From positions 1 through 64,000 of the forward strand of contig NMRA01000147.1 in NCBI GenBank assembly GCA_002633005.1: a stretch of 64,000 nt of DNA, in the 5' to 3' direction. Position numbers and translations under genes: made by a program. Within the stretch, counting starts at the first letter, position 1. Each line of letters begins with the position of its first letter. This document shows positions 38,066-52,377 of this stretch, piece after piece. This stretch comes from Phoronis australis. Taxonomy: Eukaryota; Animalia; Phoronida. Under the pieces are notes generated by a model. It was not told the DNA's origin. It saw only the letters and a list, made by a program, of their open reading frames with translations, and did not search any database.

Positions 38066-41000
38066 ATGCTGACCTGTCTTGCCAGATGTCTGGCTTGGGG
38101 TTGTGCTGTTGCCTGTCAAGTTACTCTAGTCTTGTCATGTCTTGCGTCTAATGTAGATTCAGCTCAAAGACCCAACATTATCCTCATTGTGGCAGATGAC
38201 CTGGTAAAGTTCAGTGTAGGATGCTTTAAAGGCCCTGTTGCTGAATGTTTGTGTGTATTAGCAACATTTTCAATTAGTCAATCTTATTAGGGCCTGACTT
38301 TTAACACTTTCTTAGAGAAGGTGCTTGATAAATCTTCCTGTTCCTAGAACTATTTGTGAGCATAGTGTACCCCTTATACCTATATCTAGTTTAATTGGTT
38401 GTTTATTATGTCTTGTAGCTTTTATGTGCTTTGCTCAGTTCTTCTCAAGGCAGCCTGTTTCGCGATCTGCAGTCAAACTGCATTTTAGTCAAGCCGATAA
38501 CCCGAACTCCAATGGGAATGTATTATGTTGACAGTTTTGGATCTTTCATTGAAGTCATGAACCAATCGATGACAATTGGTGCATGGTTTAATCATGTGTG
38601 TAATAGTATGTTGGTCACCAAGGGTTTCTCAAAACTAACCTGATGGCAGAGCATCGAATTTTAAAGAAGTGACCATTTCATGGCCCAAAAATGAGTGTAG
38701 GTGAACTATATGATATCTTTTGCAGTACATCACACTTGTGCAGACCGCATGGTTGGGCCCATTGCACAAAACAACTGTACTAAACTTACTAGAAATGTTA
38801 TCGGTCTACAGTACTTAAACAATGAATTGTAGGTTTGAATAAAATTTATTGACTGCAGAATTAATTCAATGTTCATTTTTTGTGAAGTTGTCATTTTCAC
38901 CAAGGCTGTCTTGATTGACTGACGAGCTGTTTTTTCTCTCGGTGATGTCATTTTTTAAAGTGGTCATCCCCTGTGTCACTGCTTCCTAATGTCAAGGACA
39001 CTTCTCAGTGTGTATGCTGCAAACATCAAGATAAGGATCGATTTGGAGAAATCTGTTGAATTTCTCCAATCTGTTGTGGTCAGCTGGACACCAGTTCTAT
39101 CCTCATTCCAGTCTCACTAGGGGACTTGTCATCAATGGAGTGACTCTATTCACTAGGTCAGGTAGTGAGGGTTAATTACTGTTTCTTGTCAGATCATGTT
39201 CTTTTTGGGACATGAAAATCAATGGAATGGATAAAAAATAGATGAGTAAATGGTAGACTACATGCATGGTTCTTGAATTTTTGAAATTGGTCAAGTTATA
39301 ACAATTTACCTTAATGAGCTATTTATTGTAAAGTAGTGTCCAGCTTGGCATATTTAATTTAATTGTAACTGCACCACTAACTCACAACAAAAGCTGTGGC
39401 TGAAAGAATGTAGATAAAACAGGTCCTGGTCTAGGATTCTGATTTAAAGGGAATGTTCAGGACATGGAATAAAGCTAAAGTTGAAAAACTTGTATTGAAG
39501 TATTAGTAAATGACCTTCTTATTAAACTTTTGTGTTTTTCAAAGTCTGTGAAGACGAGTGCACATGCAGTGGGGCTGACAGCAATCACTTGCAGGCTCAG
39601 GGTCCCGTATTTTGAGAACAAATTAAGTTCGACACAAGTTATTCAAATGACAAGAAAAACTGGTTCTTTAAATAGAGGAACCCTGTAAGTGCCTGATTAC
39701 TGTGGGACTTAAAGTTAAGTGGCACTGACCAACTCTTCACAGATTTATTCTCATGCAGGGACTTTATTTCCTGGTTTTTTTCTGGTAGGGTTGGGATGAC
39801 GTGAGTTTCCATGGATCTGATCAAATCCCCACGCCCAACATAGACAGCCTGGCTAACAACGGAGTGATATTGAACAACTACTATGTACAGCCAATTTGCA
39901 CACCCACTCGGGCAGCGCTGATGACTGGTCGTCATCCTATACATTTAGGTATGTAGACAAAATTTGTTGAACTCACAGCAATGCTCGGGATTAATAATTT
40001 TCAACTATATTTGCTCAAGCTGTCTGTATCTTTAATGGTTGTTCTCAATGCAACTATAAAACAGATGGGTCAAGAGAAAAAAGGGAACAAAATTTTGTGT
40101 AGCCCTACAGGAGGGGCTGTTGCCAAATTATTTTGATTTAGGTACTTACGATAAATTCTCACTATTTAAGGCATAATATGGGAAAAGTGAAATTGCACTG
40201 TTTTTTTGCACAAAAGAAATGTAGCACTAAGTAATAAATATATAATTTTAAATTTCTATACAATAGATACTGCCAGCCAATGTGTTAAGAAATTTTGAGC
40301 ATTCACAATGTTGGAGGCCTCTGGAAATAAAAAAGGTTACTTGAGGCAATTTTTGTCCAAAATTGGTGAGATTTTATTGCACACTACAAGAAGTCGGTTT
40401 GCATATTTAACTTCTGAAATGAATGGTGACTAAAGGAACCGACCATGCGTGATTGGTATAGCTATGGCTATAAAACTGGCAAAGCCTTAAGCTTCATTTC
40501 TGCCTGTTGAAATTGTGAAAAGTCTATGACTTTATTAGAAGTTTAGTTTTTCAAAATAGGCAATCTATAAGTTGTATTTTTTACTGAAAGCATTATCCTT
40601 ATCTTACGTGCTCTCCTATTAAAAATGACTGAATTCTTTGGAGATTAAAAGGGAACTGTATTTTATATTGAATAACTTCTGGATAATTTTTTATGAATTG
40701 TTGATTAATTTCACAAATAATTCAACACCAAAAATTAAACTTATATTCTCTAACGAATCTCAAAAAATTACCGGCTTGGAGCGCTGCTTAGTCTCGTGAC
40801 GTATTTGGCGGGGACCAAGTCACTGTCCTGTGTTAGCGTGCAATCAAGTAGCATTTTTCATATTGTCGGAATAACAAATTTTAGTGTGAAATGTCGGGTC
40901 ACAAGGGATACCTGTTTGAGCCGAGGCAACACGAAGTGATACCCAGTCATCGTCATCGTCAGACGAAAATTTGCCGGTGCAACTGGTGTCAGTGACTGTG

Positions 41001-44000
41001 CCGAGGGCAATGTGGACTCTAGCCATCCAGTCAGCCAGCTGTCAGCCAATACTCAGCTCTGTAAACTTGAAGGGTTGGTAAGTTAACGACTGTAGCTGTA
41101 TGAAGACTATCGTACCACTGTGTGTTGAGCTCCGTTAACCGAGGGCCCCCATGGAAAGCAGTGTGAACTGATGGGGCTACCCTCATTGTAAATATTACAC
41201 TAATAAATAAATAATTAAATATTTTTTATTAATACTATTACTACTAATGATGTTTTATTCCAGGCCTCCAACATAGTGTATTGGGCGCAGCCCGGCCTGA
41301 CGGACTAGGGCTGAATGAAACACTACTGCCTCAGTACCTCAACAAACTGGGCTACACAAGTCACATGGTGGGAAAGGTATGGTGGCGTTCAATTGGTTGA
41401 TTTTTGGCTTAATTTTACAGATTTTTCACTGGCATGTGTTGTGTGTGTCAAGATAAATGAACAGTAATTTAAAGAACAAAGGAGTGAAAACATAAATGTG
41501 ATTGGTCTCTCAGTAACTACAACAAATGTATCGCATTTCAGTGGCATTTGGGATTCTACGCCAAAGAGTTTACTCCCACATTTCGAGGATTCGAATCCCA
41601 TTTTGGTTACTGGCAGGGAGCGGAAGATTATCTGGACCACACTTCTTGGCAAGGGGTAAGTCTGTGATGTAACTAATGGACAATAGCCAAGAATCGTAGA
41701 TTGGTTTCATTTGAAGTGTTTCCCATGCAGTTGTATGAAGTCTTCTTATTCCAAATTAAGGTAATAGGTTACCTTTTTAACAAGGATTATATTTTTTGAA
41801 TAACATTTTATAGGAGACGAATAAAACTGTGTATCCTCGATGATCACAGAATTTCATTATGTGCCGAAAGCAGCTCAGATGTTCTGTCTCAAAAAATCAC
41901 GATTTTACATTGAGTTTGCCCTATTTTCCATAATTAGGATTTTTTGCTTGATTCTTGGAAAATTCTGTTTGATTCTTTATTCTATGAGATACAAGGGTAT
42001 GTCTGGGTTTTTCATCTTCATGTATTTTACCCCAGGAACTCAGCTGTCGAAAACCAAGACTTTTGTTCTGTTATTTTCAAGGAATCTTCTAAAGGCAGTT
42101 CTCAGGCTATAAGGTCTTCAAAAAAATTCCAGACATGTAGAAGAATTTGCAAGTTTTGTGCAAAAAAATTTGGTCAAAGATTAAAATTCCGAACATTTAT
42201 CCAACATAGTTCAACTATTTGATCATCAGGGGTTTGAAAGATAATTATATAGTTTTATGGGTCTGTAATTAATAATCAAAAAGTTTATATAAGAAATTAA
42301 GCATTGGAAACCTGAATTTACATTAAAATTTAAGTGCAAATTTATTTCGTGTGGTCCTTTAATATCATCTTTTCAGAAAAGTTACTTCTATCAGTATATT
42401 CTTGACCCGCTCTTTCGGTAAGTTTCATCCAAAATTACATACTGTGTGCTATGTTAGATGTTAAATTTCATGGCAATATATAGAATATATAAATTAAATC
42501 AGTTATTGGCCACAATAAGATCAAAAACCGGACGATCGCCGCACAAATAAAAAAGTTCATTTTCAATTCAACGTTTCGTCTTTTCATTAGACATCATCAG
42601 GATCATATTTACAACAATTTAGGACAACAAGTGCCAACATACAGCTCAGGTAACATCCATAGAGTGAATATATAAAGCTCATGAAATTATTAATGTTTGT
42701 GTTCTGCAGACAGGATACTGGGGCCTGGATTTCCACAGAGGCTTAGATCCTGTTTTTGATGAATTTGGTCAGTATTCAACTGAAGTGTTCACCAGTGAGG
42801 CTGAGAGAATTATTAAACAGCACAAAAAGTCACAGGTAATTTTGCTGCAACATTTCAATTTTTCAAGAATGTGCATTAAATTGCTGTTTTTACAGTAATA
42901 AATTATATTTTGTCAAACTACACTATGTGATATCATTATTATGAAGAGCAATTTTTGGGGTGAAATTGATTGAGTGTAAAGCATTGATGCATGCCCGATC
43001 GGGTGACGTAGGTCTCTAAAATAACATTGCATGAGGTACGTCAAGGAGAGTCCATCTTGTGGGTGATTTTTTAACTTTCCAATATTGATCGGAGTTACTT
43101 TTATCTCTTACTTTGGCCCTTGAAAAATTACTTATTTTGTTCAAGGTGTGGGGTTGTACCAAATCTTAGAAATAAGCAATGTTTACTTTCCAAATTTAAG
43201 AACTACAGTCAAGGACAAATGATCATTCACCTTGTTGTTACACGTGGAGATGTATGAAATCATTGTGCCATGGCCTATTTTTTAACTGCTGATTAAAAAT
43301 TTATTTTCAGATACAAAAAGGCATTGTTGAATACCATGAACAGCAAATTTTAGAATCAAGGGAATTCAATTTTTGCTTAAATTTCAGTGTCTCAAATCTT
43401 AGAGACTGTCCCAAATTAGATGATTTTTAACCATAGTCACTGCCTAAATTCTTTGTGTGCTGGCTTAAAATGTTACATTCTGCAATATCCGAGCCATTAG
43501 TTTTCTGTATTTTAATTGGTTTGGTTGAATTGAAGGTTTTTGAAAGGTCCAAGCATATGGTTGTAATGTAGCTCTTATGATCTTGCATATATAATGACCT
43601 AGTTAACATTCTTGCCTTGACTCCAGATATACTTAAACTAGAATATGCAGTGCTATTAGAATGTGAGAGTATCGCATCTGATGATATTCCATCCTTGGCT
43701 TTTCAGCCTTTATTCCTGTACCTGGCTCATCAAGCTGTCCACGTGGGCAATACTAATGTCCAGCCACTCCAGGCTCCTCGGAAATACATCGACCGGTTCC
43801 CTCATATCAAGAATGAAAAGAGGCGTACTTTTGCAGGTTAAGTCAAAGAATATTCGTTGAGGTCATTTAAATCAAACAAATATTTTCTTGATAGCATGGA
43901 TATGTCAATGAAAAATACACACCTTCCAGGTGAAAATGGTTGCATGGCTGTACTTCCAATTGCATTTCCCTAAACCCTAGGGTTGGACCAGCAAACCCTT

Positions 44001-47000
44001 AACCTGCAGTACAAATTACATACCACTCTCCCCTAAACTCCACACATGCACTGAAAGTACTCCGTACATGGTGACCAAACTCCACACCTGGGTATGAGGT
44101 TTGGTTATTGTGTATACAGCACTTGTGGTGCATGTGTGGAGCTTTGGGCACAGGTATGGAATTTGAATTGTGGGTCTGGTGTTTTCTGGTCTGGGTCTGA
44201 GGTTTTGGAAGAACAATGTAGTTGGAACTTGAAGGTGAGGCCATTGGATCATTTCCTTTTCTGGCTTCTGAGGTGTAGCTTTGTCCATTGACACTCCTTA
44301 CACATGTGGTAAAAATACAGAAAATTTGCTTTCTTGTCTGAGTTAGTGACATTGTGTTTGTCTGTCATAGACTTCAGCTTGGCTAGTGGTGTTATTATCG
44401 TTATGGCCAATAGGTGGCATTTTGACCAGACTACGTGGCATTGAGGTTAGGACACTATCCCATAACTCTGACAGATGGAAGCTTAATACACCTTGTTTAT
44501 TCAGAGAGGGGCGCTCGATGTATTCGTGGATAGTTTCTTTGACACCTCTGAACCAGTCTTCCTCACAGTCTAGGATGGTGACATCATCTGACAATATTAA
44601 AATCGTGTCCAGTCATATGTGTCCTCGTAACTTAGGGTTAGGATGTTGTGACATATGCATTTTAAGGACTGTTTGGTTTTGCCTACATAGGTGTCTCAGC
44701 ACTGTGGGTTCTTGCCTTGAACACTATAGACTATGTATGATTTATTGCCCTTAGAAAATGTGGTACGTACAAAAGGTTGTAGGACTGAAATTACTCTTTT
44801 CACAGAAGACAACAAAGAAGCGTACAAAAAGTGGGAACCCTGATTGTTAACTGCCTTATCATTTACACATGCAGGCTGATCCTTAAACATTGGATTCTGA
44901 CATATTTTATGAGCCAGAAAGTGTTTTCCCAGTCAAACTGTAATTAGTAATGAGCAGCTCTATATCGACTGGCAGGTGGTAACAAAGCAATGCATTGTTT
45001 TAACTTCTGAATAGTTTGAGAGTAGAAAAGAGTTCATCAGCTTGGGCCGTTTGTGTCATGAGGGTCTATCTCCCATGATGACCTAAACGTGGACATTGCT
45101 ATTGGTAGAACCCTTGATGCGCATGCCCCACTTGATTTTATTTTCTATTACTTATGTGCATTCCTGCTTTTATGTGCAGTTCAACCCAGCACTGAAATGT
45201 GGCACCTTCAAAGGGCACTGCCTTTATGAACCAAACAACTCACTGTCAGTAAGGAAGGCACACTTTGAAAGTGTCATTGCGAAGATGCACATCCTTTTGT
45301 CAAGTTCAAGAGATGTTGGCGCAGTGTTCAAGACTCTTTATTTTTGGCTGAGGTTGCTAAGGATTTTTGCATCATGATTTTTAAGTGAACTAAAATGGAT
45401 GGATCCACAATATTTCCACTAATAATACAATTTTTGCGTTTCAGGCATGGTAGCAGCTTTGGATGATTCTGTAGGTAACATTACAAAGGCTTTACGATCC
45501 AACGGCATGTTAAAAAACTCTATTATTGTTTTCACTACTGATAATGGTGGACCAGCCGATGGCCTGGGTGGAAACTGTGCCTGCAACTGGCCCCTTAGGT
45601 AAATTTAAATAACTGTGAGGTCTGTTGAAAAATTGTTGTACTGATTAAAAGGAAATATTCAGTTTATGAACGGAAAATGAATATTTGGAGATTAGTGTTG
45701 GATAGAGTAGACTTCTTGAAGTTGTTAGCTTGACCAGAGCTATAAAACAATAAAATCTGGGCTTTTTTCAAATTGCCAATTCCCGCCATTGTCTGACTGC
45801 CATGTGCTTATAATAAGTCAATGCTGAATTTTTTAATATTTAAGTAATGCTTAAACTGTTCTACCATGGGGTTTGGCTAAGCAGCAGAGCATTTGGCTGC
45901 CATATCGAGCTAGTGGGTTGAATTCTGCACTGTTGCTAATTTTGGTGTTGAATCGGGCTCAGATATAACATTCCCAAATTTTGAGAATCAGTTTTCTCCA
46001 CTGAATAATGGGTATCTGCTTCTCAAAATACGGGCACTTTATATGCAATTATTGCCCTAATTTCTGAATTACTTTTTTCTTCATCTGAAAAAATGCTTTT
46101 TTCACAGACAATGTTGATCCCTTTCACAGGCAGTCTGTTCTAATTTGGCACTTAATTATTAGCATGGTCGCACTGCATGGAAGCTTCATGCATTAATTAT
46201 AAAAAAATTGCACCTTAAAATCCAGCAAACACTGGCTGTCATGTAGTGATCCTGTCAATACGAACTCATGAGTGACAAGTAATGGCTGGCAAAATTGTGG
46301 TGGATTGTTTTGACGAATATCAACATGTGGGTCAACAGGAACTTACACTAAATGTACAGGAACTAGCACATAGTTTCAATATCTTTGTTTAAAGGGGAAG
46401 ACTTCAGGTCTTATAATATTCTTTACCGTGATAGGATTTCATCTTTGTTACCAACTCAAGTCCCACAGGTAATTGCCCAGCCCTGTAAGTAAACTTGATC
46501 TGAAGCGTTTTCTTGGGAGCCGCTGAAGGTTTTAATGTTAATGTCGGTAATGGAAATACATTCCTAAGAAATATTATGAGACTGATTTTGTGAGAGTAAA
46601 GTGCATAATTTACTTTTTTTTGGCCAGTGAAACAGAGCAAAATGCACTATTGAGTAGTAAATTGAAGATTTGTGTTTCATTTGCTTTTTAGGGGGACTAA
46701 GTTCCAACTATGGGAAGGTGGAGTGAGGGGCACTGGTTTCATACACGGACCACAGTTGACAGCCGGTGCTGTATCAGGCCACATGATGCACGTTTGTGAT
46801 TGGCTGCCAACTCTCGTCCATGCTGCCGGGGGTGATGCCAGCTCGCTGAAGAATCTTGACGGCTTCGATATGTGGGAGTCGCTGACGAAAAACAAGTCTT
46901 CACCGCGAACTGAAATATTACATAACATCGACCCGACTAACAAGGTCATGAATGAAGCAGCAATTAGGGTTGGTGAATACAAACTTATAATGGGTAAGGA

Positions 47001-47478
47001 ACTACCCTATGGGCGAGATTTTAGTGGATGGTATTCACCCAATGAGACATGTGGTGAAAGAGAGAATGCGGCCGGTGATCATTTAGGTGGAGAACATGTG
47101 ACAGTTAATGGTGTCCAGAGAAGAATTAATTTGAAAAATGTAAGCAGTTCATTTTTGTTGACACAAAAATCAAGAACTAGCTATCTGAAAAGTATTCGAA
47201 TTCAGTGTGGACCGATTCCGACCAACGCATCTTCAAACTGTGAACCTATGAAATCTCCATGCCTTTACCACATTCCGTCTGACCCATGCGAGTTCAGAAA
47301 TTTAGCCAATGAGAAGCCAGGAATAGTGATGGCAATGATGTCACGGTTACAAGTGTGGAACTCCACTGCTGTGCCTATTAAGTCTAGTCCTAACGACCCT
47401 AGAGGGAATCCTAAAAACTTCAATGGAATTTGGACACCATGGGTAAATCTCACAACAGAATTTTTCAATGGATTGTAG
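38066..47478 (+). CDS. ARSB: Arylsulfatase B/I/J-like sulfatase, 8 coding exons, 573 aa
   Basis: Exons 38066-38203, 39789-39948, 41264-41376, 41542-41655, 42710-42835, 43707-43836, 45445-45598, 46692-47478; all introns GT-AG and phase-consistent (1722 nt). Signal peptide, [16 protein letters not shown], formylglycine motif [53 protein letters not shown]. Orthology within the ARSB/I/J clade is unresolved. Confidence 0.93.
41090..41215 (+). mobile_element. LINE/SINE 3' end remnant in an ARSB intron
   Basis: Stem gagggcccccat..atggggctaccctc followed by a (taaa)n tail, typical of CR1/L2-group 3' ends. Confidence 0.45.
42566..42605 (-). ncRNA. Minimal type I hammerhead ribozyme motif, probably from a Penelope-like pLTR
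   Basis: Minus strand: atc-CTGATGA-t-gtct-aatgaaa-agac-GAAAC-GTT-ga; core boxes, 4 bp stem II and palindromic aacgtt stem III are present; stem I is weak. Confidence 0.55.
44400..44860 (-). mobile_element. Penelope-like element GIY-YIG endonuclease fragment
   Basis: [24 protein letters not shown]..; [45 protein letters not shown] matches the PLE C-terminus; degenerate. Confidence 0.8.
45866..46030 (+). mobile_element. Possible degenerate tRNA-derived SINE
   Basis: A-box-like tggctaagcagcagagc and B-box-like gggttgaattct, plus an aatgggtatctg core-like motif; no cloverleaf. Confidence 0.3.
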
Positions 47479-48494
47479 ATTCTTGGTTTTAGTGGTGGAA
47501 TCTTTAAATTTTGTTAAAGCCCAAGTTCACATGACTTCAATGATTTCCGTGAATGTCAAAAGTACAATGTTTGAATTAGGTCAGTCACCACTATAAAATA
47601 ATTGTTCTCGACCTTATGTGGTATTTCTAATATGGAGAGGTGTGCTGAAAGCAGATTAGTTGTTGGCTGATTGAGAGCAGATTTATTCTATGCTTGAACA
47701 CTAGATAGGGATACTGATGTTAGTGCATAGTAGCTTTAAAATGTCAGGCAGGCAACTGCTTAATCTTTGGTGTATTTGAGTTGAGATGGCCCAACCATCA
47801 TTCGGTTGAAGGAGGGTTTTGTTGGCATATGAGTAAAAATTATATTTTTTTATTAGTGAAACCAGACCTGTTTTTGTTGGTTGTGGGAAGTTTATGTCAT
47901 GGGAATAAAATACACTTTTTATTAGCATGATAATGCATTTCATGTTTTTGAGGACTACATTCTTCAATTGTATGACTGATGCAAGTATAACTGAAAATTT
48001 ATATAGGGAACACATGTGGAGAAGTTACCTATCGGCCACCTGTTTTGTGCTTGCGGACCTAGCAGATGTACCTGCTATTCACCAGCACTTCCTCGCAAGT
48101 AACGGCCACCAGGTGGTGTTGGACAACCACCAAGGACAACCCACTGGTGACCATGTGACACGAAGGTTCCGGCCAATAAATTCTGCTATAGGAGCCTAAG
48201 TGATGGCTGTCATAGGCTGCTTCAATCATAGTTATTTAATGTCATCCCTCAACCCACACACTTGCAAATTTGAGCCCCACAATGTCTGAACTCAGATTTG
48301 AGTCAGACTCCAAATATAAGAGTTCATGTCACACGATTCTAGTAAAAATTTTGCAATCTTTCTCATAATGTGCCCTGCAATAGGTCAATATTCAAGTCAA
48401 GCTTTGAATCCAGAGATCAGACCACACGTACGGGGTCATCAGCCAACCACACTATGTAATGCCATGGCAGACACCAGTCTTCTTGAACGCTTCT

Positions 48495-48570
48495 CGTGTG
48501 TCTGTGTGTGTGTCTGAGTCTGTCTGTGTGTCTGTGTGCGTGCGTGCGTGTGTGCGTGCGTGTGTGTGTG
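48495..48570. repeat. Compound (GT)n/(GTCT)n/(GTGC)n microsatellite
   Basis: Directly visible; probably part of an older element split by the insertion at 48586. Confidence 0.85.
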
Positions 48571-48585
48571 ACACAGCAGAATGCA

Positions 48586-49822
48586 ACTAGAAAGATTATT
48601 GTCACGGTGTGACAATAACAGACTCTGCACGTGCGTATTACTGGAATTATTATGGGAAGTTACTGACAGCAACCCGTTTACCAATATGAAAAGGAATTCT
48701 TTAAAATTGTAGGAGAAATTACATATTAATTTTTTGATGACCTTTCCACTAATTGACCTCTTCCGGTGCATTATGAGCACCGATGAGGGAGTAATTGTTA
48801 ACTCGCTTAAGAGTGTGGTTAATGCTAATAACCACAGATGTTTTACTTTAAGCACTTCGGAATACAAGATGAATGAAGTGGTCAAACTTTCAGAAGAAAA
48901 ATGCACCTAATGACCCCATGGGTGCACCAAATGACCTGAAAATTTAGAATTCATACTCAATCGCACTTATTAAACAGATACGTAATTCTGAAGTCTAGCT
49001 CAAAATTTTAGTTTGCACTCAATGACCTTTGACCTATTTTTTCTGATTGGTTAGGCCTATTGCGAAGTAAAGTAGGGTATTTAATTGGCATGTTGTCTTA
49101 CACCAGTGTGCTGAAATTGAAAAGAATTCCTTGAAAAACGTAAGAGATTTTTGAACGTTACATGACCTTTGCACTAATTGACCTTATCCGGTGCATTTTA
49201 AGCATCTTTAGGAGAATTATTGCAAAGCCCATGGAAAATGTGTTTAACGCTGAGAATCACAGTTGCCTAACGGTTGACACATCAGAATACTTGCTGATTG
49301 AAAAGGTCAAATTTTCAGAAGAAAAATGCACCTAATGACCCCATGTTTGCACTAAATGACCTGAAACTTTGGATTCCGATTTGGTTTTACCTGTGGCAAT
49401 CAGGCCTGTCAATTTAAAGTGTCTAGCTCAAAATTTTAGTTTGAACCTAATGACCTTTGACCTATTTCACCTGATTGGATGACCCGATTACTTAGAAAAG
49501 TAATTTTTTAAATTGTCATGTTGACTTATATCTGTGCACCAAATTTGAAAAAGATAGCTTTAAAACTGAAGGAGTAGCAGCATTTTGAAAATTATATGAC
49601 CTTTGCACCAAATGACCTCTTCCGGTGCAATATGGAATCTGATTATACAACCAATCAAAATTTATATACTGTCAAAAGTCATATGCTGAATTTAAAGACC
49701 GTACCTGCACCCAATTTGGAGTTATTAAGCCTCAAAGTTGGTCGGAAGAAGAATAAGAAGAAGAATAAAATTGAAAAAAACCTAGGAACAACAAGACTCT
49801 GCGCTTACACGCGCAGAGTAAT
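48586..49822 (+). mobile_element. HINE-like non-autonomous Helentron, family 2
   Basis: 5' actagaaag with hairpin ttattgtcac-ggt-gtgacaataa; subterminal IR actctgcacgtg versus cacgcgcagagt; ~428 bp internal tandem repeats rich in tgacct; (aagaagaat)n at ~49746; 3' hairpin actctgcgc-ttacac-gcgcagagt. Confidence 0.8.
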
Positions 49823-52377
49823 TAGTCATCACAACTTTTACGAGGATGAGATCCAGATAACAGAGCCTCTTTGATGTAGAGACAAACTGCATACAATTCA
49901 TTGCAAAACAGCATCACACACCATTACCGGTAGTTCAAAGTAGTAGTTAAAAATGTTGAAAATAAAATAAAACGATTGCTGAAACTTTTTGATAAGGGGT
50001 GCCATGCACATAGAAACGAAACCAAATTTCAAATGGGCCAATTTTAACAATTTAATAAATATCTGTCATTTCAAAAGACAACAATAAATACACACATTCG
50101 TAGTGACATATTGATGTTCATTTTTGTATGGAATTCATTTTAGAGAATTAGCATTGAAAGCTGAATTTTGCAGCACTGGACTTCACAATTTTGTGCTGAC
50201 CCAATTACAACTACATTAGACCTTAAAAACATTCTAAAAATTTCACACAAACTCTGAAATTCAGTGTAAAAATACAATCCTTGAACAGGTTTCACGTCCA
50301 GTGTAAATTACAATCAGTCCCTGATGCAATCTATACAGCACACTGCCTGAGGGTGTGGGTGAATGTTTCAAAACAAACGGCACATTGCTTATTCAACAAC
50401 ATCTGCATTATCGTTTTCAGTTCAGCAAGAATGACAAATCTAAGCTAAGATGAGTTAGAGCTATTTTCCTGCACATTTACCAACACTAGTCACATGGAAG
50501 GGTACATATTACTAAAATCTGGGCTTGGAATTGGCCTCTTTCAAGAAGATTTCCTATTTTTTGGTTTCCATTTCGTCTTATTTGATATCCAGTTTCCTTT
50601 TTTGTCTCTCTTTTTATCATTACTTTGACTTTATTCATGCAAAAACATTCATTTCAGTTAAATTTTACAACAAAAAATATTTCTGTTACACAAGCCTATT
50701 TGTGGAATGATACATCACTTGGAAAATTTTCCTCTTTTTGTCATTGGTCATTACAAGCCCAGTAAAATAGTGCAGAGCAGCATCACTTTCCTTCACAGAC
50801 TGTGTCCTCTGCATTTCAACTGAAATCCATACAATCCTTAATTTTTTGAAAATATTTTAAAACGTAACCTATATATACAATAAATATGCAGAGTAAATTC
50901 AAATCATTCACACCCAAATACACGGCACAATTATGCCAAGCCAATTCATCATAAAGTGCTTTTGCACACTAATGCAGCGGCAGCAAAACGGCAATGACTT
51001 GGTAATGTCTTGATGATGTTATGTATTCCATCATCATCTTCATCAATGAAAATCTTTTGTCTCTTCATCAACACTATAAGTGATGTAAATAACTGAGGAA
51101 TGAGATTGGCCTTTTGTTAGACCTTAAATGTTTAACCTAAGGAACCAAATGTATCAGTCATTCCTTTCTACAACAGAATTTAATCCTCAAGTTGTAGACG
51201 TTTACAATATGTCATGCATTTAATTGACAGCACTAACCCACTCTAAAAATAGTTTGCCTATAAATACCATTTAACCAGTTTTGACATATAATGGCAAAAG
51301 TGTCATTTCCATGTATTTCAAATCCCAGACTTGTTTCAGGAAAAAAGTACAGCGGATTAATTTCACAAACAGTGACTCTGCAAGACTCATGAGTACTAGT
51401 AAGTTATGTAGCCCCTGTTGGCAGGCACTGACACTATGCAGTCACTATTGTACAACACATGCATCAGCACCAGGTTTTGGAAATTTAAAGTTAAAAATTA
51501 TAATTGAATCAACAAAACACAAAAAGTTTTCCTGGTTTGGCTAAGCGAAATTTGGAGGAACTCAAAATACAAGCAAAGTCGTTTCCCAATACAAAAATTT
51601 TTCCAAAGTAAAAATTTGCTAAAAATACACAGGCCATTTCCACCAATTGTCATATGGGAATGGCACTGGTATTACAGCCACCCTTAAAACAGTGACTCTC
51701 TTACGTCTGTGTACTCCACACCACAATCATGACTTCAGTTACCACACACCAGTACAATAAAAGACTATACCAATTACCCTATTCTTACATGCATAGTTAC
51801 ACATTTTGATGATCATTGAGAGTTCCTATAATAAGTTGCCACCATGTGATAAGCTTTTTAAATACAATTAAGTGAGACAGTAAACTCAGGCATTTATTCA
51901 CTGCAAGTTATGAACTCCACAGCTAACCGCTAGATCAGTGGTCACAATAAACAAAAGAACAGCAAGCATTTGCTGGTTACTTTTCTTTATTTATCAGGAA
52001 GGAATTATAAGCAGCAACACACCAACCACAACTAACAAAACATATTGTTTGACAGTAATTACAGCGGGATCTACTACCACCAACATGAACCCAGATTAGC
52101 TCCACTTGCTACTAGGACTGAAAAATCAAAATTAAATTAATATTAAATATGCACTGGGTACAGATGACGAATCCTTTTCCAAAACTAAATTCCAAGAGAT
52201 TAGCTTCCACATCGTACGCTGATACAACAACCATGCGAACTAGAAAATTGAAGAAGTCAACTTATGAATTGGAATGAAATAGCGCTTTCTATTCAGCCCT
52301 ACCGTTGTTGAAACCCGAGTTAGGAGCACTTGACAAAAATGCCTGCATGGCTAACTACATGCCTGAATGCTCAAACT

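Noticed and set aside
46677-47468. Minus-strand ORFs over the last sulfatase exon (similarly 52702-53040 over ASB8 and 63669-63992 over MLX)
   Set aside because: Antisense shadows of real exons.
48417-48906. ORFs with HT/RT dipeptide runs
   Set aside because: They span a GT microsatellite and HINE sequence; no coding features.
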